DNA from: a virus
Virus record (IMG/VR): IMGVR_UViG_3300031972_002446
Location: 1-64,000 of that record
Length of the DNA stretch: 64,000 nucleotides
Reading direction: 5' to 3' (one strand)
A program made the position numbers and the translations under genes. This document shows positions 1 to 10,564 of the stretch, piece after piece. Numbering within the stretch: position 1 is the first letter of the stretch; every line of letters starts with the position of its first letter. The notes beneath the pieces were generated by a model. The model was given only the letters and a program-made list of their open reading frames with translations. It had not been told where the DNA came from and ran no database searches.

Positions 1-518
1 GTATCATCTGTAGAACCTTCGCTTTGCCCTCCATTATAATCAATGAAACAAATTAAATTATTTAAATTTTCTTTAGGAGCATACATAAGAGCTTCCCATA
101 TTTGACCTTCTTGTATTTCTCCATCGCCAAGTATACAAAATACAAAACCTTCTTCTTTTTTAATTTTCTTAGCCAAAGCATGTCCTATACTTATGCTAAG
201 ACCTTGACCTAAAGATCCTGTGGTTGCATCTAATAATGGCAATCTTAATTTGTCTGGATGTCCTTGTAGCGGTGAATCTATTTCTCTAAATAATTTTAAA
301 TCTTCATCCGATATTTTTCCTAATTCATGTAGTGCTGCATATATAATTGGTACAGCATGTCCTTTTGATAATATCAGCTTATCCTTACCATTAATATCAT
401 AATCGTTGTAAAGAACGCTAATAAGTTCAGCAATAGAGAAACTACCACCAATATGGCCTGATTGTTTTCCATAAACCATATCTAGTACTTTTATTCTTAA
501 TATATTAGGATCAAGCAT
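1..518 (-). CDS. Transketolase N-terminal (TPP-binding) subunit, truncated by window edge
   Basis: Not in ORF track. Manual translation MLDPNILRIKVLDMVYGKQSGHIGGSFS...SKGHAVP...LQGHP...TTGSLGQGLS...LGDGEIQEGQIWEA carries the transketolase motifs. Confidence 0.92.
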   Translation of the reverse strand, partial: MLDPNILRIKVLDMVYGKQSGHIGGSFSIAELISVLYNDYDINGKDKLILSKGHAVPIIYAALHELGKISDEDLKLFREIDSPLQGHPDKLRLPLLDATTGSLGQGLSISIGHALAKKIKKEEGFVFCILGDGEIQEGQIWEALMYAPKENLNNLICFIDYNGGQSEGSTDD

Positions 519-1143
519 TTTGTATCCTTTGTTTAATTACTCCGCAGGCCAAATGTGTCAATTTAGAAATAATATCTTCAAAATGAAAATTATTATTATT
601 ACCTCCTATTTGCCCCGGAAAATACGACTCTCCTTTTAAAGATATAGATAAGTCAGCATATTCATTGCATTTATTGTCCGAGTTTCTAGTCAGCAAGACT
701 GTTTTTCCATTACTATATACACAATATTTCATAGCTTTCACAATATTTTTTGAGTTACCAGAGCCAGACATGCCAATGAATACATCTCCAGTTTCAAACT
801 GATATTTTAACTGCTCTAAATATACGTTTTCATATCCTAAGTCATTAGTAATTCCTGTTAAGGTCGCTTGATCTGAACATAGATTAACGCATTTAAATTT
901 ATTTCTTATTACTGAACTAGGCTTTGTCTTATCATCAGACACAAAAGGATGCATATTAAAGTCAACCACAAAATTTTGCAGATACCCAGCCGTTCCACCA
1001 TTTCCTGCTACAAATATTGTTTTTTGTTTTAGATAGGCTTCAAATATAATATCTATAAATCTAGATATTGATTCATTATCAATTTCATTGAATCTAGCCG
1101 AAGATTCTTTTTTATATAAATCAATTAGATCTGTAGCAGTCAT
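511..1143 (-). CDS. gmhA: SIS-domain phosphoheptose isomerase (GmhA-like)
   Basis: AGNGGT, TGITNDLGYENVY..QL, GDVFIGMSGSGNSKNIVKA motifs. Confidence 0.85.
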   Translation of the reverse strand: MTATDLIDLYKKESSARFNEIDNESISRFIDIIFEAYLKQKTIFVAGNGGTAGYLQNFVVDFNMHPFVSDDKTKPSSVIRNKFKCVNLCSDQATLTGITNDLGYENVYLEQLKYQFETGDVFIGMSGSGNSKNIVKAMKYCVYSNGKTVLLTRNSDNKCNEYADLSISLKGESYFPGQIGGNNNNFHFEDIISKLTHLACGVIKQRIQNA

Positions 1144-2680
1144 TGTCTTCCTTATATTTTGCTAGTAAGTATTTGCTATATAAAAATAAAAAATCACCAT
1201 ATTTATTATTGTCAAAATCTCTGTATAAATTACATATACTCATATAGTGTATAATAGCTAAAAGCTTAATATTTTGCCAACAAAATTTATTATTTTTACA
1301 AAACTTTTTGAATATATTTTTTAAATTATACAAATTATTTTTTATCATAAAACTAACTTCAGCTCTATTTTCTTCTAAAGAATACCCATAATATCCTCGC
1401 ATAATTGTAGTACCATTAATTAACAACCCATGATATATCTTAGATAAATCATAGTAAGCATCACCAAATTCTATACTGGAACCAAATGATTCTCTCCAGT
1501 CTATGATAGAGAATTCTTTATTTCTTATATTATAAAGTATATTTTCTGGTTGTAAATCCCCATGAAATCTTACAGGAATGGCTTTACTGTATATACTTCT
1601 CCAATCTATATCATTTAAAAGTTGTTTTAGTGGTTTAACTTCTAGTCCGTTAATATAGGTAATTTGATCTAAATCACTACCCAATAAGGGTGCTAAACGA
1701 TTGAGTGTTTTTTCTTGATACATTAATTTACAATTATTTATAAATATTTCATCTTTTTCTGAGTTATATTTGTAAAAATTATCTAAATAATATTGTAAAA
1801 ACTTTTTAAATATTCTTTCATCATATATATCTGAAAGCATATATCCTTGAATATAGTCATATGAATACATGTTTTCATTTATTAATTTAATATTAGTATT
1901 TGGTATAAAATCGCATCTAGCAATTCTTTGTGTAATCCTATCAGCATCATCAAAAAATTTAGTAACTATTCCATTGTCTATTAGTAATGTTTCATTATTC
2001 TTATTTGCCACAACTTCTTTATTAAATTTTTGTCGTACTATATTATAAGATTCTGTATTTCCTATATCGTACCATGTGTGTTTTAATATTTGTAAGTTTA
2101 ACCCTTTAAACCCATCAATAACTTGGTGTTCATTATTTATGATGGTCGGGTTTTTAAGGTTATGCCAAAAATGATCGTAGTCATAAATACCAGCGATACC
2201 TGTATAAGCATACTCCCCCTTTCCATAGTATAATTCATTGAAGTGATTATTACTATCACAACCTATCAAGCAGTATCTGTGCGATTCTGATTCTTCTACT
2301 TTTGAAGCACCAATCCAATTATAAGTACATTCCAGATAAGGATACTCTTCTTCTATTATTGTATCAATAGATGTGAAAATAAAAGGTTCTTGTAAAAAAA
2401 TTTCACAACACAATAAACTATACCCAGGTCCAGAGTTATCACCGTCATAGTTATCTATATCAACAAATGTAATTTTTCTATCTTTATAAATATTATTTAT
2501 ATATGTTTTAATTTGTTTAGATTTGTATCCAACGGCTATAACTATATCAGTAGTTGTCGGAATTTTATCTATAATATATGATATAGCAGGTTTATTTTGT
2601 ATAGGAAGTAGAGCTTTATGCAATCCTTTTATACTTGAGTTTCTGGTTCCTTTACCAGCAGCTAATAAACACACTTTCAT
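1121..2680 (-). CDS. Fused sugar nucleotidyltransferase + APH/choline-kinase-like phosphotransferase
   Basis: N-terminal LLAAGKGTR...HKALLP; C-terminal HGDLQPENIL and IIDWR. Confidence 0.85.
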   Translation of the reverse strand: MKVCLLAAGKGTRNSSIKGLHKALLPIQNKPAISYIIDKIPTTTDIVIAVGYKSKQIKTYINNIYKDRKITFVDIDNYDGDNSGPGYSLLCCEIFLQEPFIFTSIDTIIEEEYPYLECTYNWIGASKVEESESHRYCLIGCDSNNHFNELYYGKGEYAYTGIAGIYDYDHFWHNLKNPTIINNEHQVIDGFKGLNLQILKHTWYDIGNTESYNIVRQKFNKEVVANKNNETLLIDNGIVTKFFDDADRITQRIARCDFIPNTNIKLINENMYSYDYIQGYMLSDIYDERIFKKFLQYYLDNFYKYNSEKDEIFINNCKLMYQEKTLNRLAPLLGSDLDQITYINGLEVKPLKQLLNDIDWRSIYSKAIPVRFHGDLQPENILYNIRNKEFSIIDWRESFGSSIEFGDAYYDLSKIYHGLLINGTTIMRGYYGYSLEENRAEVSFMIKNNLYNLKNIFKKFCKNNKFCWQNIKLLAIIHYMSICNLYRDFDNNKYGDFLFLYSKYLLAKYKEDNDCYRSN

Positions 2681-2689
2681 ATTGATACT

Positions 2690-3160
2690 TTACTCATGTT
2701 CTGTATTGATTTTTCCACTTTCTCTATTACTATCATCTTCAAATCTAAGACAGTCATTTAAATGAGCAGTCGAACACTCTAGTGCTTTATAATCTGTGAT
2801 CGCACACACTCGATGCTTGCGATTTACAGGCACACACCAACCTTCACCCGCTTTATAAACCTTGCTCTCTAGTGTTCCATCTTCTTTTTGTAAAATAACT
2901 TCCGCTTCACCTTCAATAACAAAGTTTGTTTCTATTTTCTTTTCATGTGATTGTAAACTACTTCTATTCCCAGCTTTCATAAAAATAATTTTATAAGCAT
3001 AAAATTCATTTAACTCTAACCATATTTCATAGCCCCAAGGTTTATCTACTCTATAAGAACTAACATCTAATGGATGAGATTTTTGGCTGTCAATCTTGTC
3101 TTTGTATTCCTCTAGAGCTTCTCTAACCCAATTATCTTTAATATTATCATATTTTGACAT
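2690..3160 (-). CDS. Cupin, mannose-6-phosphate isomerase type II C-terminal-like
   Basis: KPWGYE...SLQSHEKKIET...HRV. Confidence 0.8.
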   Translation of the reverse strand: MSKYDNIKDNWVREALEEYKDKIDSQKSHPLDVSSYRVDKPWGYEIWLELNEFYAYKIIFMKAGNRSSLQSHEKKIETNFVIEGEAEVILQKEDGTLESKVYKAGEGWCVPVNRKHRVCAITDYKALECSTAHLNDCLRFEDDSNRESGKINTEHE

Positions 3161-3170
3161 TATATTCCTT

Positions 3171-3524
3171 TCATATTAAAAAATGTTCTTCTGTCAAACC
3201 TTTGTTTCTCTCTACATTAATTGCTGTAGCTGTTTTGGTTCCGTTTGGCTTTGAATCATTAATCACTATTCTTTCACCTCTTGGTAAACCCATAATCAAC
3301 ATATCATAAAAAATACCAAAATTATTTAATTGGTCTATGGTTAATTGTCTCATGCTTTCTGGACGACCAGTAGTAAGAATAATCTTATAATCTTTTGCTT
3401 TCCATATACTAATTACATCAATTACATTAGGCAACAATTCTGGTTCATTTTGTGTAATTTGATGTAATCCTCCATGATGTTTTAAAAGAGTTCCATCTAT
3501 ATCGCAAAAAATAGTTTTATTCAT
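3171..3524 (-). CDS. Small HAD-superfamily phosphatase (capsule biosynthesis type)
   Basis: DIDGTL motif I, TTGR, YDMLIMG. Confidence 0.8.
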   Translation of the reverse strand: MNKTIFCDIDGTLLKHHGGLHQITQNEPELLPNVIDVISIWKAKDYKIILTTGRPESMRQLTIDQLNNFGIFYDMLIMGLPRGERIVINDSKPNGTKTATAINVERNKGLTEEHFLI

Positions 3525-3525
3525 T

Positions 3526-4194
3526 TTATGATACGCTATGAGAAAAATATTGAGAACAATTTCTACTATCCTTACATTGTGCTGTACATTGACCTTTAAA
3601 ATTTACTGGTAATAAATATTTTGTTGGCATGGACATATGTAGATAGTGTCCTGTCTTCATTCCTTCAAGTGATGTGTAATGTAAAAATTTTTTATATAAT
3701 CTTTTGGGTATGATATGCACCATATCTACAGTTCTATCAAAATTATTAGTTTCTTTACACATGACGTACATGGATTTACTATCATATTTTGTAGATCTAA
3801 TTAATTCTATAAATTTATTTGTGATTAATAAATCAGATCTTAATATTAAGCCATGGTCACTTATACTATCTATATCTTTAATTAATAAAGATAATGCATT
3901 CGTGAGTGTGGTGAACTGTGTTGAGTTTTGTTCTGTGTGTAAATAAATAGCCCGTGGACTTAACTTAGTTTTAATATTATTGATAATATCATCCGGGGTG
4001 TTGTCGTAAGATGTTACATAGGTGGCTACTTCGTATTTCTGTTTAAGGGATAGTATTAGTTTTTCATAATCTTCAATACATTTATTAAAATCTATAGTAT
4101 AATTTCTATGCTTTTTTCTTCTTGTTGAAAGTGGGGTCCAGTTTTCTTTATATAAATAGCCCCTTAGTATTACATCCAATGTGGGTTTAGACAT
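3526..4194 (-). CDS. Hypothetical protein, possibly glycosyltransferase-like
   Basis: 222 aa ORF in sugar cluster with LILRSDL motif. Confidence 0.45.
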   Translation of the reverse strand: MSKPTLDVILRGYLYKENWTPLSTRRKKHRNYTIDFNKCIEDYEKLILSLKQKYEVATYVTSYDNTPDDIINNIKTKLSPRAIYLHTEQNSTQFTTLTNALSLLIKDIDSISDHGLILRSDLLITNKFIELIRSTKYDSKSMYVMCKETNNFDRTVDMVHIIPKRLYKKFLHYTSLEGMKTGHYLHMSMPTKYLLPVNFKGQCTAQCKDSRNCSQYFSHSVS

Positions 4195-4218
4195 TTATGT
4201 GCGTATCCTTGTATTATA

Positions 4219-5055
4219 TTATCTTCTTAAAGTATCTTTTTTAAGTTTTTCTTTTTCTAGTAAAATTCTAGCAGCTGGTGGTGCGCTAATGCTAGACTCT
4301 ACATCCCTAATACCTTTTACTAATTTAAATACACCGGAAGGTTCTAGACTAGAGAGATGGTCGCTTCCCCACATACTATGATCTAGTGTTATATGTCTTT
4401 CTATCCACTCAGCACCCAAAGCAACAGCTGCAAAAGTAGTAACCAAACCATATTCATGTCCACTATAACCTATCTGTCTTGTAGGCCATCTTTTTTGTAG
4501 CCATTTAATATAGTTCAGATTGATTTCATTAACCGGGCAGGGATAGGTGCTATTTGTATGCATTACAATATCAGGTCCACAAGAATAAATACATTCTTCT
4601 ATTTCTTGTTCTGTGCTCATACCAGTAGATATTATTAGTGTGTTAAATTTTTTTCTAGCATGACTGCAAAGTTTTTCATTTGTAATAAGAGCAGAAGGTA
4701 TTTTTGCTATATCTGTGTATTTGCTCATCATATTTGAACTAGCAATATCCCAAACACTAGCAAACATTTTGATATTTTGATTTGCAGCATAGTCTATCAG
4801 CTCTCTAATTTGCTCTTCATTAAATTCAATTTTTTCTTTATACTCAAGATAAGTCATGTCTCCCCAAGGTGTTTTGCGTATCTTGTTTTTTTGATCTTCT
4901 GGAACACAAATACTTGGTGTTCTTTTTTGAATTTTCACATAATCACAGCCAGAAGAGCTGGCTATATTTATAAGCTTTTTGCAATTCTCAGGAGATCCGT
5001 TATGATTGATCCCTATTTCTGCTATAATCTTGGTATTACTCTTGGTATTTGTCAT
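4219..5055 (-). CDS. neuB: N-acetylneuraminate/nonulosonate synthase (NeuB family, no C-terminal SAF domain)
   Basis: IIAEIGINHNG, VKIQKR, ISTGMS, STYP, GYSGHE, IERHITLD, GSDH. Confidence 0.93.
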   Translation of the reverse strand: MTNTKSNTKIIAEIGINHNGSPENCKKLINIASSSGCDYVKIQKRTPSICVPEDQKNKIRKTPWGDMTYLEYKEKIEFNEEQIRELIDYAANQNIKMFASVWDIASSNMMSKYTDIAKIPSALITNEKLCSHARKKFNTLIISTGMSTEQEIEECIYSCGPDIVMHTNSTYPCPVNEINLNYIKWLQKRWPTRQIGYSGHEYGLVTTFAAVALGAEWIERHITLDHSMWGSDHLSSLEPSGVFKLVKGIRDVESSISAPPAARILLEKEKLKKDTLRR

Positions 5056-5704
5056 AAAAAAAGCCTTTTAAGCCAATAGGATTTATAACATTAATTTGAA
5101 CATTAGGATACTCTGTATCTACAAAAGATCTAAATAATGCCCAACTTTTCTTTAAATACTCTAAATTGCTTTTTCTGTTTTGTTTATGGAAATGTTTAGA
5201 CCCAGATATATCGCAACCAACTATATTGATTTCTTTAAAACCAGCAAATAAAGCAAATTGCATACATATAAATATAGTAGAGACTCCTGCATCACCAAAA
5301 TGATGTTTGTCTATATCTTTTTGAAAATTACCTTTAGGATGACCCCACATAGGACCTTGAGTATCATACCATAAAGCATCCGATTCTATAGCAAATTTTT
5401 GACTACAACCAAAACCATGATCTCCTATAAATGTTCCTATAAATTTTTGAGATTTAGCATTGTACTTTTGTATTTTATTTTTTAATTCTTTAGAACCCCA
5501 AGCACAATCTTGAAAAAATAAATAATCAAAATTTAATTTATCATAGTACACACAACTATTACAACCTATATGTAACGCTTTATCAATAACTTTATATTGA
5601 GTTAGTGTTTCGCCAGTTCCGCATACGGTAGCAATATCGTTTTTATGTTTATTTTTATATGGCCGAAAAGTATTCCAGTTTAGCTTAGAATACGGGTAGT
5701 TCAT
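5036..5704 (-). CDS. DUF115/Maf-like (MptE-like fold) putative nonulosonate transferase
   Basis: VCGTGETL, IGCN, STIFICMQFALFAGFKEINIVGCD; adjacent to neuB. Confidence 0.6.
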   Translation of the reverse strand: MNYPYSKLNWNTFRPYKNKHKNDIATVCGTGETLTQYKVIDKALHIGCNSCVYYDKLNFDYLFFQDCAWGSKELKNKIQKYNAKSQKFIGTFIGDHGFGCSQKFAIESDALWYDTQGPMWGHPKGNFQKDIDKHHFGDAGVSTIFICMQFALFAGFKEINIVGCDISGSKHFHKQNRKSNLEYLKKSWALFRSFVDTEYPNVQINVINPIGLKGFFYDKYQE

Positions 5705-5926
5705 TCTCTTACTCCGTTATTTATAATAGTCTTGCCAATATTCCCAATCTTCTTCTTTTGGTTTCTCTCGTTTTTCTTTTTTGAATTGTACACTTTGTTT
5801 GTGTTTTACTTTCTCATCTATAAATTTTTTATCTTTATTATTTTTGCAATGATTCCTGGTTTTCCTTGGTTCTTCATTAGAAAAATTATTAGACATTGTA
5901 TCTAGACCTTTCTACTGTGTAAATAT

Positions 5927-7522
5927 TTAATGCCAATTTTCTCCATATATAGGCAAATCTGCATGATACGCCACGGATCCTCTATCCATAAAAATTTTAC
6001 CACCTTGGCTACGCAACGCTGCACATACCGTATAATGATCCGTAAAAGAAGGATGGTCTTCATATTGTACAATATTATCAAAAATTTTATGATTATTAAC
6101 TTTAGCCATTCTAAAAACTTTTAGAAGCTCATCTTGCAATTTACCGTAACCTTTTTGGAATGTTGATGTTGGCACAACATAAGTACAGCCGACACAATCT
6201 ATTTCTACTAATCTATTATCGTTTTTGACATAAGGGGGATTAAGATCAAAGTTTCTAGAGGCACAGCCTTTTTTCATAATGTCTCTAGCATATTTTGAAT
6301 TAATAGAAGTTCTATCTTTTTGTTGATAGCCACACCAATCATAAAAAACATTTGAATTTTCTATTAACATCACTGGGGCTGTAATGCCTTCAGGATTTAA
6401 GCCAATAGCTCTTGAAACAAAATTATAAGGGTAACTCACTATATCGGAATCTATTACATACAAGTAATCGTAATCATCTAGATTTGTTCTAGAAAGCATA
6501 ATATTTCTTATTCTTTTAACCCTAGACCAAGGTGTATAATCTTTAGATTCCTTGCCGACCCTATCATTTTCAAAGTAATAATGTATATCTAAGTGTGGGT
6601 TATGTTCTTTTAAGCTATAAGCGTGATCCAACATTTTTTGCAACAAATATGGCTCTTGATTTTCTAAGTATGCTATGTGCAATAATACTCTTGGTTTTTG
6701 TGGCAAGGAGCTTAGATGGTCTGTTATTTGTTTGTTTTCTTGTTCTAGGTCTTTTTTACATTTAGACTGCATATATTCTATAACAGATGCTGAGTCTTGA
6801 TTCCTAATAAAAGATGTGAATTTTTCTATTTCTTCAGGAGTTGGTAATTGACCGTTGATTCTGATTGATAGTTGACTAAATATACTATCTTTCAATTCTT
6901 TGAATAAGTCTGAGAATTTACTGCACTTTGTTTTAATTAGTGTTCTTAATTTATTTTGAGAACCACATGTTGCTACAGTCTTTCCTGTAAGCCCTTTAAC
7001 CAACAGGCAAAGAGTTACAAAAGATATATAATATATAAAATTATTATAAGTTTTTAAGCTATCTATAAATTTATCACCATTGAATAAATATTCTTTATGA
7101 GGAAACATTGTTATTCTGTTATTATTCGCAATACTGTTAATGAGTGATAGTTTCAGATTTTGTATATCAATCTCAGATCCTGCACTGTTTTTTAATGAAT
7201 TTAATACTATATCAAATATTTTACTATACGGAGATCTATCTATTAAATCAGTCTTTGCTGATTTAGATATGTAAGTTTTCCTATCTCCTTTCATCGAGTC
7301 AAATTTTTCAGTAACATTATCTTGAATTTGCTTATTCGGATTCTGGGTTTTTAAATATTCTGCTGAATTTTGAAGAGAGCGAACAATCTGATCGACCTGT
7401 CCGTTTTCAATAAGTCGTAAATAGGTTTTAATACCTGATTCATCGACATCTCTGCCCAAAATATTATTATATAATTGGTTTAATTTATTGATATTATGAT
7501 TCATGAAAATAACCTTTTCCAT
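5927..7522 (-). CDS. DUF4214-like N-terminal domain + GT-A (Anp1-like) glycosyltransferase
   Basis: LYNNILGRDVDESG...SAEY; RIRN..L, YVIDSDIV, EIDCVGC; likely start 7504. Confidence 0.65.
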   Translation of the reverse strand: MEKVIFMNHNINKLNQLYNNILGRDVDESGIKTYLRLIENGQVDQIVRSLQNSAEYLKTQNPNKQIQDNVTEKFDSMKGDRKTYISKSAKTDLIDRSPYSKIFDIVLNSLKNSAGSEIDIQNLKLSLINSIANNNRITMFPHKEYLFNGDKFIDSLKTYNNFIYYISFVTLCLLVKGLTGKTVATCGSQNKLRTLIKTKCSKFSDLFKELKDSIFSQLSIRINGQLPTPEEIEKFTSFIRNQDSASVIEYMQSKCKKDLEQENKQITDHLSSLPQKPRVLLHIAYLENQEPYLLQKMLDHAYSLKEHNPHLDIHYYFENDRVGKESKDYTPWSRVKRIRNIMLSRTNLDDYDYLYVIDSDIVSYPYNFVSRAIGLNPEGITAPVMLIENSNVFYDWCGYQQKDRTSINSKYARDIMKKGCASRNFDLNPPYVKNDNRLVEIDCVGCTYVVPTSTFQKGYGKLQDELLKVFRMAKVNNHKIFDNIVQYEDHPSFTDHYTVCAALRSQGGKIFMDRGSVAYHADLPIYGENWH

Positions 7523-8343
7523 TTATTATTAGACTGAGAAACCCTCTTCCAATTAAAGGGGTATAGTTCGATTTGGCTACATTCTGTGCCAGCGGCTTTT
7601 TTATCAAATATCCATTGATCTGGTATATAAACATCTTTATGTTGGTTTTTATCTGATAATAGGGAAGCCCACCATGAGAAAGTGCTATTGGCTATAATAT
7701 TCATACCGCTTAAGTACATAATATAGAAATCGTGGTAAGAGTCAAGATTGTCAACAAAAACTATATTATCTTGTTTGATATTATATTGATGAAATTCTCT
7801 TTTAACTAATTCTATATCGTCGCTAATTATAAATACATTAATATAATCTAAACTCTTCATTATACCAGTATAATAGGATATATCTAAAAATCCATGTTTG
7901 GATTGCAGGGATGTATAGTCTGTTCTTCTGAAATGTAAACATAATGTTTTTTCTAAATTATATTTTTTGCTATACTTTTTAATATACTCATTAGACTCTT
8001 TAAGTATTTTATTATTGGGTTGCAACTCTAATCTGATTTCATTTAAAAATATTTTATAGTAATTAAGATTTTGAAAAAAACCACATAAATCTATATTGCT
8101 ATATTTTAAAATGTCTTTATCGAATTCAAATGGATCTTTTTCTATATATTTATGGATACTATTTTCATATAGTTTTTTATAAGATAAATTTTTAGTATTA
8201 AAAAATTTTAAAAAATGTTTAGATGGATTCAGGTGAAAGTCACAGTTGTGTAAGACCGATAAGGCTTTGCATAAACTATATTGAAATAATTGATTTCCAA
8301 ATCTACCATAATCTATATGATTAAAAATTGAGCAAGATATCAT
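7501..8343 (-). CDS. Alpha-1,2-fucosyltransferase (GT11)
   Basis: GRFGNQLFQY, GFFQ, HFRRTDY, IIANSTFSWW. Confidence 0.92.
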   Translation of the reverse strand: MISCSIFNHIDYGRFGNQLFQYSLCKALSVLHNCDFHLNPSKHFLKFFNTKNLSYKKLYENSIHKYIEKDPFEFDKDILKYSNIDLCGFFQNLNYYKIFLNEIRLELQPNNKILKESNEYIKKYSKKYNLEKTLCLHFRRTDYTSLQSKHGFLDISYYTGIMKSLDYINVFIISDDIELVKREFHQYNIKQDNIVFVDNLDSYHDFYIMYLSGMNIIANSTFSWWASLLSDKNQHKDVYIPDQWIFDKKAAGTECSQIELYPFNWKRVSQSNNKWKRLFS

Positions 8344-9203
8344 TTTATCAAGATATTGGATCCTTCTTTTACTGCTTTATGAAGTAATTTGTAGTCTTTA
8401 TCCATACAATACAAGAATTTTTGAGCCCCAGGAACAGGGTCTCCTTTAAGGTCTTCTGGGTTTACTTTTGTTATATTTATAGTTTTTATACTCTCCGTAA
8501 CATCAGCCAGAATCCCATAGTAAGCGCTAATGATTTTAGCTTTGCTTTTCTTAGTTGGTAAAGTTGTTTTTTTTCTAAGTTCAGAAATTTTTGTTCTTAC
8601 CGCAGATAAAAGCATTATTTTATGTTGAAGCCCTACAGTGTAGTTCGCATGAAACATTTTAATAGGTCTTAATATATGAAAATCTTCACCATTCCATTGT
8701 CTATGCTCAAATGATATATTAAAGAAATCACGAGATAAAAATTTACCTTTTACTTCTTTAATATTATCATTAATAGCATTTTGATCACAGCTATATTTAG
8801 AGTAATTGTTTTTAATTAATTCAAAAAATCTTTTAGTATTATTGTTTATTTTACATATAAAGAATCCAGCACAATATTCTTCATTAACACCTTCTTGAAA
8901 TGCTATATCATAATCCCCTAATTCATCTACGCATTGCTGAACAAAAGAAGAATAAAACTCTATATCGACGTCTGACCAAATGAAATATTGATCATTAGTA
9001 TTTACTGCTTGTAAATATATATCTATTTTTTGTTCCATAGATTCCTTCCAGCCATCTGCATAATAACTCCCATTTGTACAGACGGCGTTATCTTGTTCTA
9101 CAGCAACCAATTCTATCTCTGGTTCAACTCTATTTAAGCTATTGGTAAAAAACTCATCATATAAAAATCTATGTGAGTTAGATACCATAGTGTAAATTTT
9201 CAT
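8340..9203 (-). CDS. Nucleotide-diphospho-sugar transferase (GT77-like)
   Basis: WSDVDI, CAGFF, DQNAIN, FHANY motifs. Confidence 0.75.
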   Translation of the reverse strand: MKIYTMVSNSHRFLYDEFFTNSLNRVEPEIELVAVEQDNAVCTNGSYYADGWKESMEQKIDIYLQAVNTNDQYFIWSDVDIEFYSSFVQQCVDELGDYDIAFQEGVNEEYCAGFFICKINNNTKRFFELIKNNYSKYSCDQNAINDNIKEVKGKFLSRDFFNISFEHRQWNGEDFHILRPIKMFHANYTVGLQHKIMLLSAVRTKISELRKKTTLPTKKSKAKIISAYYGILADVTESIKTINITKVNPEDLKGDPVPGAQKFLYCMDKDYKLLHKAVKEGSNILIK

Positions 9204-9263
9204 CTTGACTTTCCTTATGTCCTAGTTATATTTATACAGGTCCGGGGATATTAATACTATCTA

Positions 9264-9587
9264 CTACTCACTACTTACTGATACGTCATCTACTGCTAGT
9301 TGAACTCTAATTGTATAAATTTTAGTTATCGTATCAACTCCAAGCGAAGAAGATATAGAAGAACTTGTAGTTATTGTTGTTTTTCCTGGTCTGTCTGCAT
9401 CTGATGTATTAGCCCATTTATCAGAAAATGCTTCGCATAAATTATACATTACTTCTCTTACGTCACCAGTATCAGGGTCTGATTTCGTTTGATTCAAATC
9501 ATTAAGAGCTGAGTAAGGTATAGTTAATTCTGTTGCAGATGCGGTTAAACCAGAGAACCAGCCAGATGGTGATGCGTCAAATGCCAT
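9264..9587 (-). CDS. Hypothetical acidic Ser/Thr-rich protein, possibly virion component
   Basis: Strong GGGAG RBS and own GGTGTAT motif upstream. Confidence 0.6.
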   Translation of the reverse strand: MAFDASPSGWFSGLTASATELTIPYSALNDLNQTKSDPDTGDVREVMYNLCEAFSDKWANTSDADRPGKTTITTSSSISSSLGVDTITKIYTIRVQLAVDDVSVSSE

Positions 9588-9642
9588 TTTAATCTCCCAT
9601 ATTTGTGAAGTTTACTATTCAATATTTTATATACACCTATAA

Positions 9643-10557
9643 TCATAAATTTGGATGTATTATACCAAATCCTTGATATTTCTTATCTCTAAATCTAGAA
9701 TCTTTAAGAGGTGTTGAATCTTTCTTTAATATATCTATCATTTCCTGTCTAGTCAACTTGCTTTTACTATATTTCTGTCTATAATAGGATATGTATAAAG
9801 CAGCGACGCCTGAAGCAAACGGGTTACTCATACTGGTTCCACTCATCAAGGCGTACCTATTGTAAGGTAGTATACTCATTATGTCATGTCCTGGAGCCAA
9901 AAAGTCTAAACTTGGACCACTACAAGTGAAGTTAGTTCTATTTAAATTTCTATCTATAGCGCCGATACTTATTGTATTATTATACTTAGCTGGGTATAGT
10001 ATATCAACTTTAGGGCCTGAATTTCCAGCTGCGCAGAAAACTAGACATCCTTCATTATTTGCTAATTCTACTGCTTTTTTGACAGCCCCTGACGACCCTC
10101 TGGAACCTAATGACATTGTAATTATATCTACTTTTTCCTTAGCTGCAAATCTTATGGCCTTTGCTACATTAGACAAACTACCTCCACCGTTTTTATCTAA
10201 AGCTTTTAATGCTAATATTTTAGCTTTAGGCGCTACCCCAACCATACCTATTCCATTATTTACAGCAGCAATAGTGCCGCAAACATGCGAACCATGACCA
10301 TTATCGTCGAAAGCATCTTGTGTATTATTGATAAAATTATATTGACCTATAATATTACCTTTTATATCTGGATGATTAATATCGCATCCTGTATCTATTA
10401 CAGCAACAGTTACTCCATCTCCAGTACTTTTAATCCACTGCTTATCTACATTTAACTTTGTTATTTCCCATCCCACCATTTGAGGATCTCTAGGACTTAA
10501 TCCGAAAAATTCTTCGGTTTTATAAGGAAACAGGAAAGCATTATCTCTATGACTCAT
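9643..10557 (-). CDS. Subtilisin-like S8 serine peptidase
   Basis: VAVIDTG, GHGSHVCG, AAGN, SGTSMS catalytic triad; start chosen at MSHRD after GAGG RBS. Confidence 0.95.
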   Translation of the reverse strand: MSHRDNAFLFPYKTEEFFGLSPRDPQMVGWEITKLNVDKQWIKSTGDGVTVAVIDTGCDINHPDIKGNIIGQYNFINNTQDAFDDNGHGSHVCGTIAAVNNGIGMVGVAPKAKILALKALDKNGGGSLSNVAKAIRFAAKEKVDIITMSLGSRGSSGAVKKAVELANNEGCLVFCAAGNSGPKVDILYPAKYNNTISIGAIDRNLNRTNFTCSGPSLDFLAPGHDIMSILPYNRYALMSGTSMSNPFASGVAALYISYYRQKYSKSKLTRQEMIDILKKDSTPLKDSRFRDKKYQGFGIIHPNL

Positions 10558-10564
10558 AATATCC

